In this document: positions 40,421 to 51,700 of the stretch, one piece after another
Layout: every line of letters begins with the position of its first letter
Numbering within the stretch: the first letter of the stretch is position 1
Program-made: the position numbers and the translations under genes
Notes under the pieces: model-generated
Seen by the model: the letters and a program-made list of their open reading frames with translations, nothing else
Databases searched by the model: none
Told to the model about the DNA's origin: nothing
Assembly (NCBI GenBank): GCA_964486045.1
Contig: CAZALK010000008.1
Coordinates: forward strand, 96,001-160,000
Reading direction: 5' to 3'
DNA: 64,000 nucleotides
DNA from: an uncultured archaeon
GTDB lineage: Archaea; Asgardarchaeota; Lokiarchaeia; Sigyniarchaeales; SOKP01

Positions 40421-41341
40421 ATGATGAAGAGTCATTTCCACCAAAAAAGCAAATTGAAGAAAAGTAAATTAATAATTATTTTTATTCTGAGTGTAATACT
40501 TCTTTCCCCTTCAGTAAACTCCTCCTCAGTCGCACCAGCTCCGGCTGTTGAAGTAAAAGCGGGCGAAAGTTATAATTGGTTTTTAAAGGTAAATATTAGT
40601 AATTATATTGAGCTTTTAACTAATACAGGAGGACCTATATCAACTGAATTATTAGCACTAAATTTAATGGGGGATAGTGATGGACTTATTACGTTAACAG
40701 CAAAATTTGAAATACTATATATTCCAGATAATTTTGTTATTGATTCATTCTTTGATATAACCTTCACGATAGTTGAAGGAGAGTTTACTCTTGTTCCAGA
40801 TTACAATATATCCACAGCACCTATTTTTTACCCTCTGAATTTTTCAATATCTCCTACTTTGTCTAGGACCAATTTTTCAATTTTAAAGGGGGATACTCCT
40901 AGCTACTTTTCCGCACATAATGGGAATAATTATCCAAAGGGAACTTATCATGGGTTCTACCTGATCGTTCCAACTGATTTAGATTGGACTGTGACAGCAG
41001 CACAATTACAAACAGAAATAGGATCTTATTTTCGGAATAATTTTAATATTACGGATGCCAGTGTATCACCACAAAGTAATGGATTAAGGGTAGTTTCTCC
41101 CGCAGATACAACTATCCTTGCTACTGAACTTAATTTAAACTATAACACAAATGGAGTTCTCGAAACCGCATCTGGAAAATATGGAGGGACGACACTGTTT
41201 TCTTTAGAACTAACGAGTGACGAAACTATTGCTTTTGAGCTTCCGTTTCTCTTAAGCATCTTTGCTATCGCTACTGTTATACTACTAATTAGAAATAGGA
41301 AAAATCATAAATTGAGGACTGATAAAATAACATCAACTTAG
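40421..41341 (+). CDS. Secreted/surface protein with signal peptide and C-terminal TM anchor plus basic tail
   Basis: Basic then hydrophobic N-terminus; many NxS/T sequons; IAFELPFLLSIFAIATVILLIRNRK C-terminus. Confidence 0.75.
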   Translation: MMKSHFHQKSKLKKSKLIIIFILSVILLSPSVNSSSVAPAPAVEVKAGESYNWFLKVNISNYIELLTNTGGPISTELLALNLMGDSDGLITLTAKFEILYIPDNFVIDSFFDITFTIVEGEFTLVPDYNISTAPIFYPLNFSISPTLSRTNFSILKGDTPSYFSAHNGNNYPKGTYHGFYLIVPTDLDWTVTAAQLQTEIGSYFRNNFNITDASVSPQSNGLRVVSPADTTILATELNLNYNTNGVLETASGKYGGTTLFSLELTSDETIAFELPFLLSIFAIATVILLIRNRKNHKLRTDKITST

Positions 41342-41566
41342 CTTTTTTCATATAACTCTTAATTTGTGATCTTAATTTGTTGTTGTTAGATCGATATATC
41401 GGGTATTTTGAAATCGAAAACATTGGGGATTTCTTAAAGAATAAACCTCCTGCAGAAATGATAGAAACGATAGAACAAGCTTCGAAGGTCTGTTCGAATA
41501 CAAAAGAATGGATCGGTGAACAAATTGCCACAAATACCAATTAATGATCTTAGGTTGTAAAGAATT

Positions 41567-42190
41567 ATGCCAGCAAAAATAGATTTTAAAAAAAAGTTTA
41601 AAGAACTGTATCAACCAAGTGCAAAGGAAGTAGTTATAGTTAACGTTCCAGAAATGCAATTTCTCATGATTGATGGAATGGGCTCACCTGGTGATTCCCA
41701 AGAATACCAAGACGCACTCGCTACACTCTATCCTGTAGCATTTAAAACTAAATTCTTAAGTAAAGCAAAAGGTAAAGACTATGTTGTTCCACCCTCAGAG
41801 GGTTTATGGTGGGCTGATGACATGAATGACTATACGGGGGGAAATCGCGATAAATGGAAATGGACAATGATGATAATGCAGCCTGATTGGATTACTCAAA
41901 AAATGATTGATGAAGTAATCACGATTACAAATGACAAAAAACCTGAGCTTTCAGAATTATTACCTAAACTCAGACTAGAGAAATATACTGAAGGTAAGGC
42001 CGCTCAAATAATGCATATAGGCCCATATTCGGAGGAAGGTTCCACAGTTCAAAAAATTCATGAGTTCATCCAGAAGGAAGATGGAATATTCGACGGTCAA
42101 AATAATAAACACCATGAAATATATCTTAGTGATCCGAGAAAGGGTAATCCAGCGACCATGAAAACTGTTATAAGACAACCTTTTATCTAA
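41567..42190 (+). CDS. GyrI-like small-molecule-binding domain protein
   Basis: KIDFKK..KELY.P, FLMIDG.G.P, EGLWWADD, W.WTMMIMQP, HIGPY, HHEIYLSDPR, TVIRQP. Confidence 0.9.
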   Translation: MPAKIDFKKKFKELYQPSAKEVVIVNVPEMQFLMIDGMGSPGDSQEYQDALATLYPVAFKTKFLSKAKGKDYVVPPSEGLWWADDMNDYTGGNRDKWKWTMMIMQPDWITQKMIDEVITITNDKKPELSELLPKLRLEKYTEGKAAQIMHIGPYSEEGSTVQKIHEFIQKEDGIFDGQNNKHHEIYLSDPRKGNPATMKTVIRQPFI

Positions 42191-42314
42191 CTTTTTTTCC
42201 TTTTTTTGAATTATTTCAAATTATTTTAAATTTTATTCGTTAAGACAAGATCCCAATCTTTATATTCTGGCGCTTTTGTAATTTTAATTAATAAAAAATT
42301 AATAGGTAAAAATT

Positions 42315-42863
42315 ATGAGTAATGAAGAAAAAAAGCAGATCAATGTAAGAGATTGGATTACGCTTAGTACAGTCATGATAGGAGCTGTTTTAACGATTTT
42401 GGCTCTAATTTGGCAACTTCCTCCTACAACTGGGGGAATTGGAACCGTAACGTTTCTTCTACTGCTTTCATTTATTCTCTTTGTGAATTCAGTCAGCGCA
42501 AATTCAAAAGCCAATTATGAAGCTAATTTAAGAATGGTAAATGAAAAACGTGTAGACCGGTTTGTCTCATTCGCGGAATACACATTTGGGTTAGCTTTCA
42601 CACTAGTTATCTTTGCTTTCGCGATTCTTGGTTATAAATATTTATTGATATCAACCAATATCGGTCGTACAATTGTCACATTAATGCTTCCAATAACTTT
42701 CCTTGTAGTCGCATGGGCATTGATTTTTATTTATAATACTATAAATTACTCAGGAGTCCTTAGCGCTTTAAAAAGCTTAAAAAGAAACATTTGGATTCTT
42801 CTAGAATTTATTTGTTTATTGTTTATCCTCGGTGATTTTTTCGAAATTTTTTCGATTCCTTAA
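42315..42863 (+). CDS. Conserved membrane protein (about 5 TM)
   Basis: Hydrophobic 182-aa ORF with an oligo-T tract after the stop. Confidence 0.75.
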   Translation: MSNEEKKQINVRDWITLSTVMIGAVLTILALIWQLPPTTGGIGTVTFLLLLSFILFVNSVSANSKANYEANLRMVNEKRVDRFVSFAEYTFGLAFTLVIFAFAILGYKYLLISTNIGRTIVTLMLPITFLVVAWALIFIYNTINYSGVLSALKSLKRNIWILLEFICLLFILGDFFEIFSIP

Positions 42864-43152
42864 TCTTTTTTTTTTTTAATCCTTGGATTTCCACTAAATT
42901 TGAAAACATAATAGAGTATAATTTTCTTAATTATGGTTATTAGTATGACATAGAAGATGTATTTTTTCTGCCAATAGAAAGAATAAATAGATTTTCATAA
43001 GCTTAAGAATTAAATATTGTTTTCCCCTATCAATTTATAAATTAGGTTATTAAAAAAAGATCTAATTTATTAGTAGAACTTTAGCGTTTAGATATATACA
43101 ACATTTCTATAATTTTAAAATAAAAATTAAAAAAAATTAGACGTGATAAATA

Positions 43153-43761
43153 ATGGGACGTGGTGGAGCAGTTTTAGGGATAATAGGAATAGTTTTAGCT
43201 GCTGGAGCTGGTGGGTTTGCATTTGTGGGGTGGAATGGCCAAAACATCGCTAATTCAGAGATTAATAATTTGACAAATGAGCTTAATAATTTGACGGACG
43301 AACTAAATAATTTGTCGAGGATTATTGTTGTAGGAACATGGAATACGCTTGAAGACAATCTAAATTTTGCACCTCATAATTCACAAAATGATTGGCTTTT
43401 AGAATTTGGAGAAAATAACGTGAGTAATATTGATTATTTTTCTACTACGAACAATACTCGTATTACACTATTAAAGCCTGGTTGGTATCGAATTCACCTC
43501 TCTGTGTTATTGATGAATATTAATCCTTCGAGTACTTATTGGATTAGGCTCTACGTTAATGGTACGATGACAAATTATATGGCTCGTCATGAGACATCAG
43601 CAGCTAGTCCAATTTTTCATCATATTGATGTATCTGCATTTGTATATTGTGATGCGTTAAATTATATCGAAATTAATGGATATTCTACTTTTGATAATTT
43701 TGATGTAGCAGCCTCTGACGATAAATTTAATCAACTAACGATTGAGTATCTAGATATTTAG
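43153..43761 (+). CDS. Membrane-anchored protein with coiled-coil stalk and putative C1q/TNF/BclA-C-like beta domain
   Basis: N-terminal TM; heptad repeats (INNLTNE LNNLTDE LNNLS); TRITLLKPGWYRIHLS strand motif; fold is inferred. Confidence 0.7.
   Translation: MGRGGAVLGIIGIVLAAGAGGFAFVGWNGQNIANSEINNLTNELNNLTDELNNLSRIIVVGTWNTLEDNLNFAPHNSQNDWLLEFGENNVSNIDYFSTTNNTRITLLKPGWYRIHLSVLLMNINPSSTYWIRLYVNGTMTNYMARHETSAASPIFHHIDVSAFVYCDALNYIEINGYSTFDNFDVAASDDKFNQLTIEYLDI
43261..43317 (+). repeat. 21-bp heptad-coding tandem repeat (about 2.7 copies)
   Basis: attaataatttgacaaatgag / cttaataatttgacggacgaa / ctaaataatttgtcg. Confidence 0.75.
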
Positions 43762-43902
43762 TGGAAGATTTTTAATACTTAACTCTTTTTTTTTTCAATT
43801 CTTCATAAGCAGGGATTTCCATCTCAGAAAGTTTAAAAATTAAATAAATAATTTAATATCTAGTAAACGAAAATTAAGAAATTGAGTAAAATAGTTAGTT
43901 GA

Positions 43903-44784
43903 GTGAAAATGATCGCTAAACAGAAATTTGGTAACACCGGACATATGAGTACCAGAATTATTTTTGGAGCTGCGGCGCTCAGTAATGTTACACAAGCTGA
44001 AGCAGATCAAACATTTGAAGTACTTCTTAAGTTTGGAATAAATCATATCGACACTGCTGCGGGTTATGGGGAGTCAGAGTTACGAATCGGTCCTTGGATG
44101 GAAAAACATCGCAATAAATTCTTCCTTGCTACAAAAGTATTTAGGCGTTCCTATCAAGAAGCCCTTGATCAGATACATAGTTCACTTGAACGAATGCGTG
44201 TATCTTCAATCGACTTAATTCAATTTCATAATTTGACATCTCCTAATAGCTGGAAAAAAGTAATGGGTGAAGATGGAGCCTTAAAGGCCGCCGTTGAAGC
44301 CCGTGAACAAGGAGTGGTAAAAAACATTGGTGTAACAGGGCACGGATATACTGTAGCTGCCATGCATAAACAAAGCTTAGAGCATTTTGAATTTGATACG
44401 GTTCTATTACCATACAACTACATGATGGTACAAAATTCGGAGTATGCTGCAGATTTTGAAAGCCTTTTGAAACTATGTAAGGAACGAAATGTGGCAGTTC
44501 AGACAATAAAATCTCTCGCACGCCGTCCTTGGGGTGGGAGCAAAAGGATCCGAACCACGTGGTACGAACCTTTTGAGGATCAGGTTGATATAGACCGTGC
44601 AGTTCATTGGGTTTTAAAAAAAGAAGGAATTTTCCTCAATACAAGCGGTGATATTCATATTTTGCCCAAAATACTTGATGCTGCCAGTCGTTTCAATATC
44701 GGACCCCCCGAAGAGGAAATGCAGGAAAAAGCTACTCAGCTAGAGATGAAACCAATATTTGATGGAAGATCCTTAATTTTATAA
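43903..44784 (+). CDS. Aldo/keto reductase
   Basis: [23 protein letters not shown]....IDLIQFH, IGVTGH. Confidence 0.93.
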   Translation: MKMIAKQKFGNTGHMSTRIIFGAAALSNVTQAEADQTFEVLLKFGINHIDTAAGYGESELRIGPWMEKHRNKFFLATKVFRRSYQEALDQIHSSLERMRVSSIDLIQFHNLTSPNSWKKVMGEDGALKAAVEAREQGVVKNIGVTGHGYTVAAMHKQSLEHFEFDTVLLPYNYMMVQNSEYAADFESLLKLCKERNVAVQTIKSLARRPWGGSKRIRTTWYEPFEDQVDIDRAVHWVLKKEGIFLNTSGDIHILPKILDAASRFNIGPPEEEMQEKATQLEMKPIFDGRSLIL

Positions 44785-44974
44785 TGAGTAATACTTTTTT
44801 TTAGCCCATTAAATGAGAGTTTTATTTACCTTCTAAGAGTTTTATACAGTTTAAAACAACTGGAAGAAGTAGACATTCATAAAATTAAATTTCTTAATAG
44901 CAATAAAATCATCAATTCTCTTGTAAGAAGAAAGAAAAAAAGAAAAAAAAGAGTTAAGGGTTAAAAATCTTATG

Positions 44975-45532
44975 CTAAATAGCTACAAACTCAATCGTTA
45001 GTTGATTAAACAAATCGTCAGCACGAACAAAAAAGTTATTATCTCCTAATAAAGACTCTCCGTTAATTTCTATATAATTTGTACCATTACTATATACAAA
45101 CGCAAATGAATCAACAGAATGGTATTGGGAATTCATTGCTAATGATGTCTCATAATAATCTAAAAAAAATTCGGTAATACCATCTTTTAATAATTTTATC
45201 GTATAAATACTAGCAGGATTGATATCCATCAATACCATAGAGAGGTGGATTCGATACCAACCAGGTTTTAATAAAGTAATACGAGTATTAGTGTTTGAAA
45301 CAGAGATAAAGTTAGGATTACTCAAGCTATTGTCTCCAAATTCTATAAGCCAATTATCTAGCGCATTATGAGGGGGATAACCTTGATTGTCCGCAAGCGA
45401 ATCCCATACTCCCACAACGATAGTCATATTATTAGTGGTATTTTGACCGTTCCACACTACAAATGTAAATCCTATTGCTCCAGCGGCTAAGATTATCCCT
45501 ATAACCCCTAAAACTGCTCCACCACGTCCCAT
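44975..45532 (-). CDS. Paralogue of 43153-43761 lacking the coiled-coil stalk
   Basis: Same MGRGGAVLG start, TRITLLKPGWYRIHLS and FNQLTIE motifs. Confidence 0.75.
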   Translation of the reverse strand: MGRGGAVLGVIGIILAAGAIGFTFVVWNGQNTTNNMTIVVGVWDSLADNQGYPPHNALDNWLIEFGDNSLSNPNFISVSNTNTRITLLKPGWYRIHLSMVLMDINPASIYTIKLLKDGITEFFLDYYETSLAMNSQYHSVDSFAFVYSNGTNYIEINGESLLGDNNFFVRADDLFNQLTIEFVAI

Positions 45533-45840
45533 TATTTATCACTCATAATTTTTTTTTAATTTCATTTTTTAAATATTAGTTAAGAATTGGATTATATTTC
45601 TAAATATTTTAAAATTATACTAATAAATTAGAACTTTTTTAGAAAAAAGTTATGAAATAAAGCTAAATTCAGCTTCTATGACGAACAAACTTTAACGATT
45701 AAACAGAGCACATTTAATAAAGTTTAATATCATTACGAATCAAAACCTTATTTTTAACCTACATCAAAAATACTATTATCAAATTTAGGTCAAGTCATGA
45801 TTGTGAAACTATCGAGATCTTCAGCAATTTCATTCAAAGA

Positions 45841-46146
45841 TCACGAAAGATTTTGAAAAGAAATTAAATCCATCTGAATTGATCTATGGTTAATATTTGA
45901 GACTAGGTCTTCAAGATCAGGGAACTCAAAAGGGAAGATGTTTTCAAAAGCTCTTTTTAACAATTCAACGTACTTCTTCTTGTCATATTTGTGCTTTTTA
46001 TCATCAAATAAGTCTGAAAGGATAACCTTTTTTTCAGGAAAACTTGGATCCGCATCGGCATTAAGAATAATATATCTTACGTTTTTACCTGCTGATGCAA
46101 TAACACCAGAGCGTTCTAACTGTCTTGCGGCAACTGCCTGGTAACT
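45841..46146 (-). pseudogene. polB2: Orphan 3' fragment of a polB2 gene (101 codons plus stop, no start)
   Basis: Translates SYQAVAARQLERSGVIASAGKNVRYIILNADADPSFPEKK...QMDLISFQNLS*; 83/98 aa identical by hand alignment to the C-terminus of 56904-59327; in-frame TAA seven codons upstream. Confidence 0.9.
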
Positions 46147-46711
46147 AGTTTTCCCTTCTCTAAGTTAATCTGAGTTTAGGTTTTGCGAAGAAAAACTTAT
46201 GTAATAAACCCTCGAATGCTTTCCTCTAAAATAATACTGTGCCTTTTATAAGAGGGAGAAATAGAAAAGAAGTGCAAGGAAAAAAAGCTAAAAACTTGGA
46301 ATTGCTTAAAGATAATTAAAATAAAATCACGAGATTATCTTGACTTTTTTCTTCAATATTCTGAGTAAAATAAGAGAGAAAAAAAAAATGCTCGGGAGTT
46401 TGTTCAGCTGCGGGTGGGATAACTATAATCATAACACCATTCGATAAATATTTTAATATGCGTTTATCAATTGCATGGATCTTAATAAACTCAAGAAATT
46501 ATCTTTGGCCAAAATAACCATCATTAAACAAAATGAGCTATTCAATGCAAATAGTAAAAGGTACAGAGCTTTTAGGGGAAAACTGTGACAATATTCTCAA
46601 ATGTATTAAAAAAATAGAAGAACCGTATTATAAGACAGAAACTCTATCAAGTTAAATTATTCCCTAATAGTTAAAAGATGATTTCAACACCCTCTATAAT
46701 ATCTAGATTTA

Positions 46712-48769
46712 CTATTTTATTGAAGCCATGAATTTCAAAATAGTATCCATAATAGGAAGAGAGTTACAAATTATTCCAATTCTTTTAGCCCGAAAATCAA
46801 AGGCTTTCCTTCCAATAGGTGCGAGGTATGGATAATTGGAGATAATTATTACTTCATCTCCAGCCAGTATTGCATTAAATTTAACATTTTTACTCAATTC
46901 AAGGAAATTACAATTTTCACATTCTTTTGTTATCATTTCTAATTTTCTTATCCCCTCTTCCCATTGAATTGAGCTTTTTATAAGTTCCGTCTTATTTAAT
47001 AATATAGAGAAAGAAGGGATCTCTTCTAGGTGTGATTGAAATATTGGACCAATTCTTTTCTGACTTAGCTTTTCAGTAATTAATTGGAATGGCGCTTGTA
47101 TCTCTCTCATAGCATCTATTAGTATATCTTCATGTTCATAATCATATAATAATGATATACATTCTATATTCACCAAAGTGTTAATTTTTTCTTTGATTTC
47201 ATATAGTAAACCATTTGTACTCTCTATATTCTCGTTTAATATAAAAAATTCAAGGTCCTCAATTTTTTTTTCAAAAAAATTGATAATATTAATTCTGTAA
47301 TCGGACAAATTATTACAATAGACTTGAGTGGATTTTGCTAAGTATTTGTTTAAAACTTTTTTTCTATCAAATGAATCAGGTAAAAAATCGATAACAAATT
47401 GCAAAAGGCTTAAAGGTGTCTTTCCGCCCTCTAAATAAATGTTTGGAGTAATTAAACCCTCCTCGTTGTAATTATAACCAAGGAATGATAAACAATTGTA
47501 AAAGACTTTGTTGTTATCAATGATTAAAAAATTTGCATCAATCATATTATCCGATATAGTAAAAAATACTCTATTTTTATCTTTTCTTTCTAGTCCAGAA
47601 GATACTCCCAGTCTAAACTCCTTGATCTTTTCACGCTGTTCGCTAGGTGAGATCTCTTCTACACCCCCCCAAATAAACGTAATAGGTACTTCATTTTGAC
47701 TAGATTCATATATAATACTCTGAAGAAATGATAAATTGTTTAAGTTTAAATTATCAGAACAGATAACAATAAAATCTTGTGCATTTTTAACGTGTTCAAT
47801 AATAAGATTTTTTACTTCTAAATTTTGATATTTAAATACTATTTTATTTACACTTTCAATTCGTTCTTTTAAAATTTTAAAATCTTTTTTTATTCTATCA
47901 AACCTATCCTCTAACAATATTTGAAGGCTCAAATTCTCTTCAAGATTATTAAAAGAGTTAATTTCTTCCTGTAAAAAGTTAAGGTTGAATAGAATTTGGG
48001 TTATAAATTTTTTATTTGACAAAATAATCGGTGTTTCAAGAGTTAAATCTTCTTCTATTTCTTCTGATTCCATAAGTTTTGATTCAAAAGCTTTCTGCCA
48101 ATATTTTTGGACGACTCTGGGGAATATATCAAAATCCAGATTAAATAAAATACCTTCTTCCTTTTTAATTGGAATATATAATTTATCTCGATGTAAGGGA
48201 TATAAGAAATTAATTTTTTCGACATTTTCTAAATCTCTAACTCTTGATTTAACACATTGAGTATATTTTAGTAAAGAATAACTATATATATGTTGAAATG
48301 TCTCTGAAGGTGAAGATTTTAAATCAATGAAATTCGTTTTATCAGGATTAGGTGTCTTTAAATAATCATTAACATCATTTTGAATAAAGAGTTCCCCCCC
48401 AATTTTTTCTTGAAGAATTATTACGGGATATTTATAGACAGTAGTATCAACATCCAAAAATTCATCTAGTTTATCTTTTTCAACATATTCAATAATCTTT
48501 TCGCTAAGTGTTACTAATCCACTATTTAAATCAATATGGATTAATCCTGAATATATTAATGGTGTTAATATATAATTCATAATATGTTTTCCAACATTAA
48601 AGGCTTTAACTATGTTTATTAGTGAATTATCTTTACTTATTAATTTTAAAACTAATTTCTCAAGATGAGAAAGCATCTTACTTTTACGAATCACAATTTC
48701 ACATTTTTCCATTTGAATTGGAACAGTAATAACATCATCTTTTTTAACCTCCAGATTTTCCTCAGACAT
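46712..48769 (-). CDS. mkoB: Mokosh type I MkoB-like protein: N-terminal wHTH-like region and two degenerate PLD-like domains
   Basis: Starts 1 nt after the kinase-helicase stop; 'AQDFIVICS', 'VPITFIWG', 'IDANFLIIDNNKVFYNCLSFL' and 'KFNAILAGDEVIIISNYPYL' follow the PLD layout but lack HxK. Confidence 0.62.
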   Translation of the reverse strand: MSEENLEVKKDDVITVPIQMEKCEIVIRKSKMLSHLEKLVLKLISKDNSLINIVKAFNVGKHIMNYILTPLIYSGLIHIDLNSGLVTLSEKIIEYVEKDKLDEFLDVDTTVYKYPVIILQEKIGGELFIQNDVNDYLKTPNPDKTNFIDLKSSPSETFQHIYSYSLLKYTQCVKSRVRDLENVEKINFLYPLHRDKLYIPIKKEEGILFNLDFDIFPRVVQKYWQKAFESKLMESEEIEEDLTLETPIILSNKKFITQILFNLNFLQEEINSFNNLEENLSLQILLEDRFDRIKKDFKILKERIESVNKIVFKYQNLEVKNLIIEHVKNAQDFIVICSDNLNLNNLSFLQSIIYESSQNEVPITFIWGGVEEISPSEQREKIKEFRLGVSSGLERKDKNRVFFTISDNMIDANFLIIDNNKVFYNCLSFLGYNYNEEGLITPNIYLEGGKTPLSLLQFVIDFLPDSFDRKKVLNKYLAKSTQVYCNNLSDYRINIINFFEKKIEDLEFFILNENIESTNGLLYEIKEKINTLVNIECISLLYDYEHEDILIDAMREIQAPFQLITEKLSQKRIGPIFQSHLEEIPSFSILLNKTELIKSSIQWEEGIRKLEMITKECENCNFLELSKNVKFNAILAGDEVIIISNYPYLAPIGRKAFDFRAKRIGIICNSLPIMDTILKFMASIK

Positions 48770-48770
48770 T

Positions 48771-51700
48771 TTAATATGGAACCTCGTCGTGTGAGATTAT
48801 TTTTCCTTCTTTTTGAAAAAAGACTGCCACCTTACTAAATTTTTCCATAATTGGATTTCTACGATGATTTAAACACATTTTTAAATCACCTACAATTATT
48901 TCTACTTTTCTCGCTCTTGAGAGCATTACATTTAGTCTTTGAGGATCAGGAATAAAACCCCAAGCTGATCTGATTCCTTCTTTATTGTTACTTCGAACAA
49001 GTGATATAATCACTAAATCTGCCTCTTGACCCTGAAAACTATCAACAGTATAACAAGAATTTTTAATATTTATCCCCCCCAAGTTTGGAAGGTTGTTTGG
49101 TAAGTGAGTCTTTAAAACATTTACTTGCTCATTATAAGGGCTTAAAATAGCCAAGGAGAATTGGATATACTTCTTATTAACTCTAATTTTTTTTAATATT
49201 CTATTAATTAATTTAACTTCAGAAATGTTGTAAAAATCTGTACCAGCCCGTTTTTCTCCATAGATTCTTTCATTTTTTGTATTGATCCAAATTAATTGTT
49301 CATTTGACATCATAGTTGGTTCTAAAATTAAATCATCTATTTCATGAATTTCTTGTCTAAAAGCTCTGTCATAGAAAATTGTTGAAATCATTTTACTAAT
49401 TTTTGAAGGAAGTCTATGTTGGCCTATGAGTGTATTACAAGATCTCCTTTCATCAGCAGAATCATATGAAGGGCTTATTTTTTTAAATCGTTCGAACATA
49501 GATTGGAAGATTTTTACTTCTCTAATTGTTAACTTTCTAAATTCTAAGAAATCTCTTTCATTAAAGGTTATTTCTTCTTTAGATTCCTCTTCTATTTCAT
49601 CTAATTCTTCATTGATTAGTTCAATAATATCATTTAGTTTAAATGGAGGGAGTTGGTTTTGATCTCCAATTAGGACCCACTTATTCCCTAGCTGCAAAGG
49701 TCGGAATAATTCAGAAGGATATGTTTTAGCAGCCTCCTCGATTATTACTAAATCAAAATTAGGTCTTGATTCCAGTTTACTCAAATCATTAGACGTACTA
49801 GTACAGAAAACTAAGTTTGAACTCTCTCTAATACTATCTGTCCATTCACGACTTGGTGCTTTACCTTCGTATTTTATTATGTTTTCAATTTCGGCTAAAA
49901 TGTCATCATATTTTTTAAGATTAGGATTCCATTTTTCAATATTCTCTAACATTTTAATAGCCATTTGTTTAGGAAAATGCTTAAAGGCTATTGATCCTGG
50001 CGGATAATTACGTTCTCTAAATGGATTAATTAGTCGAACAATTTTAGGTTTTGGATTAATGTTTAATTCCTTGCACATGTCATAAGTCTTCTCTAGAAGG
50101 TCATCTAAAGCCGCATGCTCTTTACTTGAGACTAGAATCCTTTTATAAGGGTCTCTTTCAAGAGTTAATCTAATTAATTCCTTTGCAGACCATGTTTTTC
50201 CCGTTCCTGGAGGTCCTTGAAGAAGGAATATTGGAAAAGTGTAGAAAATAAAATTTACGATATCACTCTTATTGTCTTTCAAAAAATATTGATGTATCGC
50301 AGCTGGATTTAAAATCGCATCAATTAAATAATCTTTATCTTCTAAATTTTGAATAGTCATAAATTTCCTTTTTAATAGATGCAATGTTGGTTTTAAATCC
50401 CAAAAACGCAAATAACCATTTAAAGAAGGACTATCATTTTTTCTAACTTCTTCCCATTTTACAACAATATTGAAATCATCAGGTTCATCAATAATTTCAA
50501 TAAATTTCCATTTTCTTCGTTCTTTAAACCTTTGTTTTAAATCTGGTGAATCTGTTAGTTCTACAGTTTGAGTTTGAGAATTTCTTAAGACTTGTATGAA
50601 CCGGGTCCTTTCAGCTTTGTTAAAAATGTTTATACTAATTTGTCGTTTACTTTTTTTTGGACTCTCTTTATCGAATGAATCGTTTATAAGTTCATATTCG
50701 AATATGTATCTTTTTTCAATATTTTGCTCTACTTTAGTAATAAGTTTTAATGCTTCTAACCATCTTTTCTTATCTAGTTCATAATCTGATGGTTCTTCAT
50801 CAATAGTTCTTATTTGTGTTAAAGCATTTGCAAATATCCGATCCCAAGTAGAATATGATTTTTCTTTAAGATCTTGCCAATATAACTCATTTACTTTACA
50901 GACACAAATATCATTTTTCAATCCAAAACTTCTCTCTTCATTTTTATTTAATAAACTTACTATTGCAATTTTTCTATTATTACGACCCCTCTGAAATTTA
51001 TACTTTCCATTTTTACCAATTGCCCATAAGGGCCAATCTCTATTATTCGTTAAATAAAAAGATAATTCTGAAAATTCATTTTTTAAAAAAGCATCTGGAT
51101 ATTCTCGAATACCTTGAATATTTACATCAACCTTCCGAGCAATCCAGTTGAGAAAATGACTATCTCGGTCTATATTGAAGTATATTGGTAATTTAGGTGT
51201 TGTAATTGTGAGATATTTAAGTTCGTTCACAAAATCTCTAATCTTTTCTACAAATTCATCAATGCTTTCAAATCTGTCTTCGTGATTCAATTCGGTTGCT
51301 TTTAAAATTATTTCTTTTTCTTGTTGTAATCCCTCTTGAAAATGTATATTATCACGGATTTCATTGTATAATCTAGCTCTATCTGAAAACTCAGTGTCTT
51401 CATATTCAATCATATCTAAATCAAAAATTAGAAAAGCCATTACTAATCCTAAAGAAAAAATGTCTGATTTAAAAGTCTCCATCTCTAAGCACTCAGGTGC
51501 TCTAAAAAAATGCAAGTTATTTTGAATAATATTTTTTGTAATCTCATCAGAGATTAGATTAGATATTGAATATAAATAAATACTCCAGTTAAAATCACCT
51601 AATCTAAAGATATGATCTTCACCTTCTCGATAAGCTTCCCTGTTAAAATAAACCGTATCAAGAGAGATGTTTCTATGTAGGAGTCCTGCGTTATGAATCG

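Noticed and set aside
43153-45532. Diversity-generating retroelement TR/VR pair
   Set aside because: Differences are not adenine-specific, both copies are full genes, and no reverse transcriptase is present
45938-46144. Similar + strand ORFs at 45938-46144 and 56962-57216 as a duplicated small gene
   Set aside because: They are antisense shadows of the polB2 C-terminus; synonymous-site divergence fits the minus-strand frame
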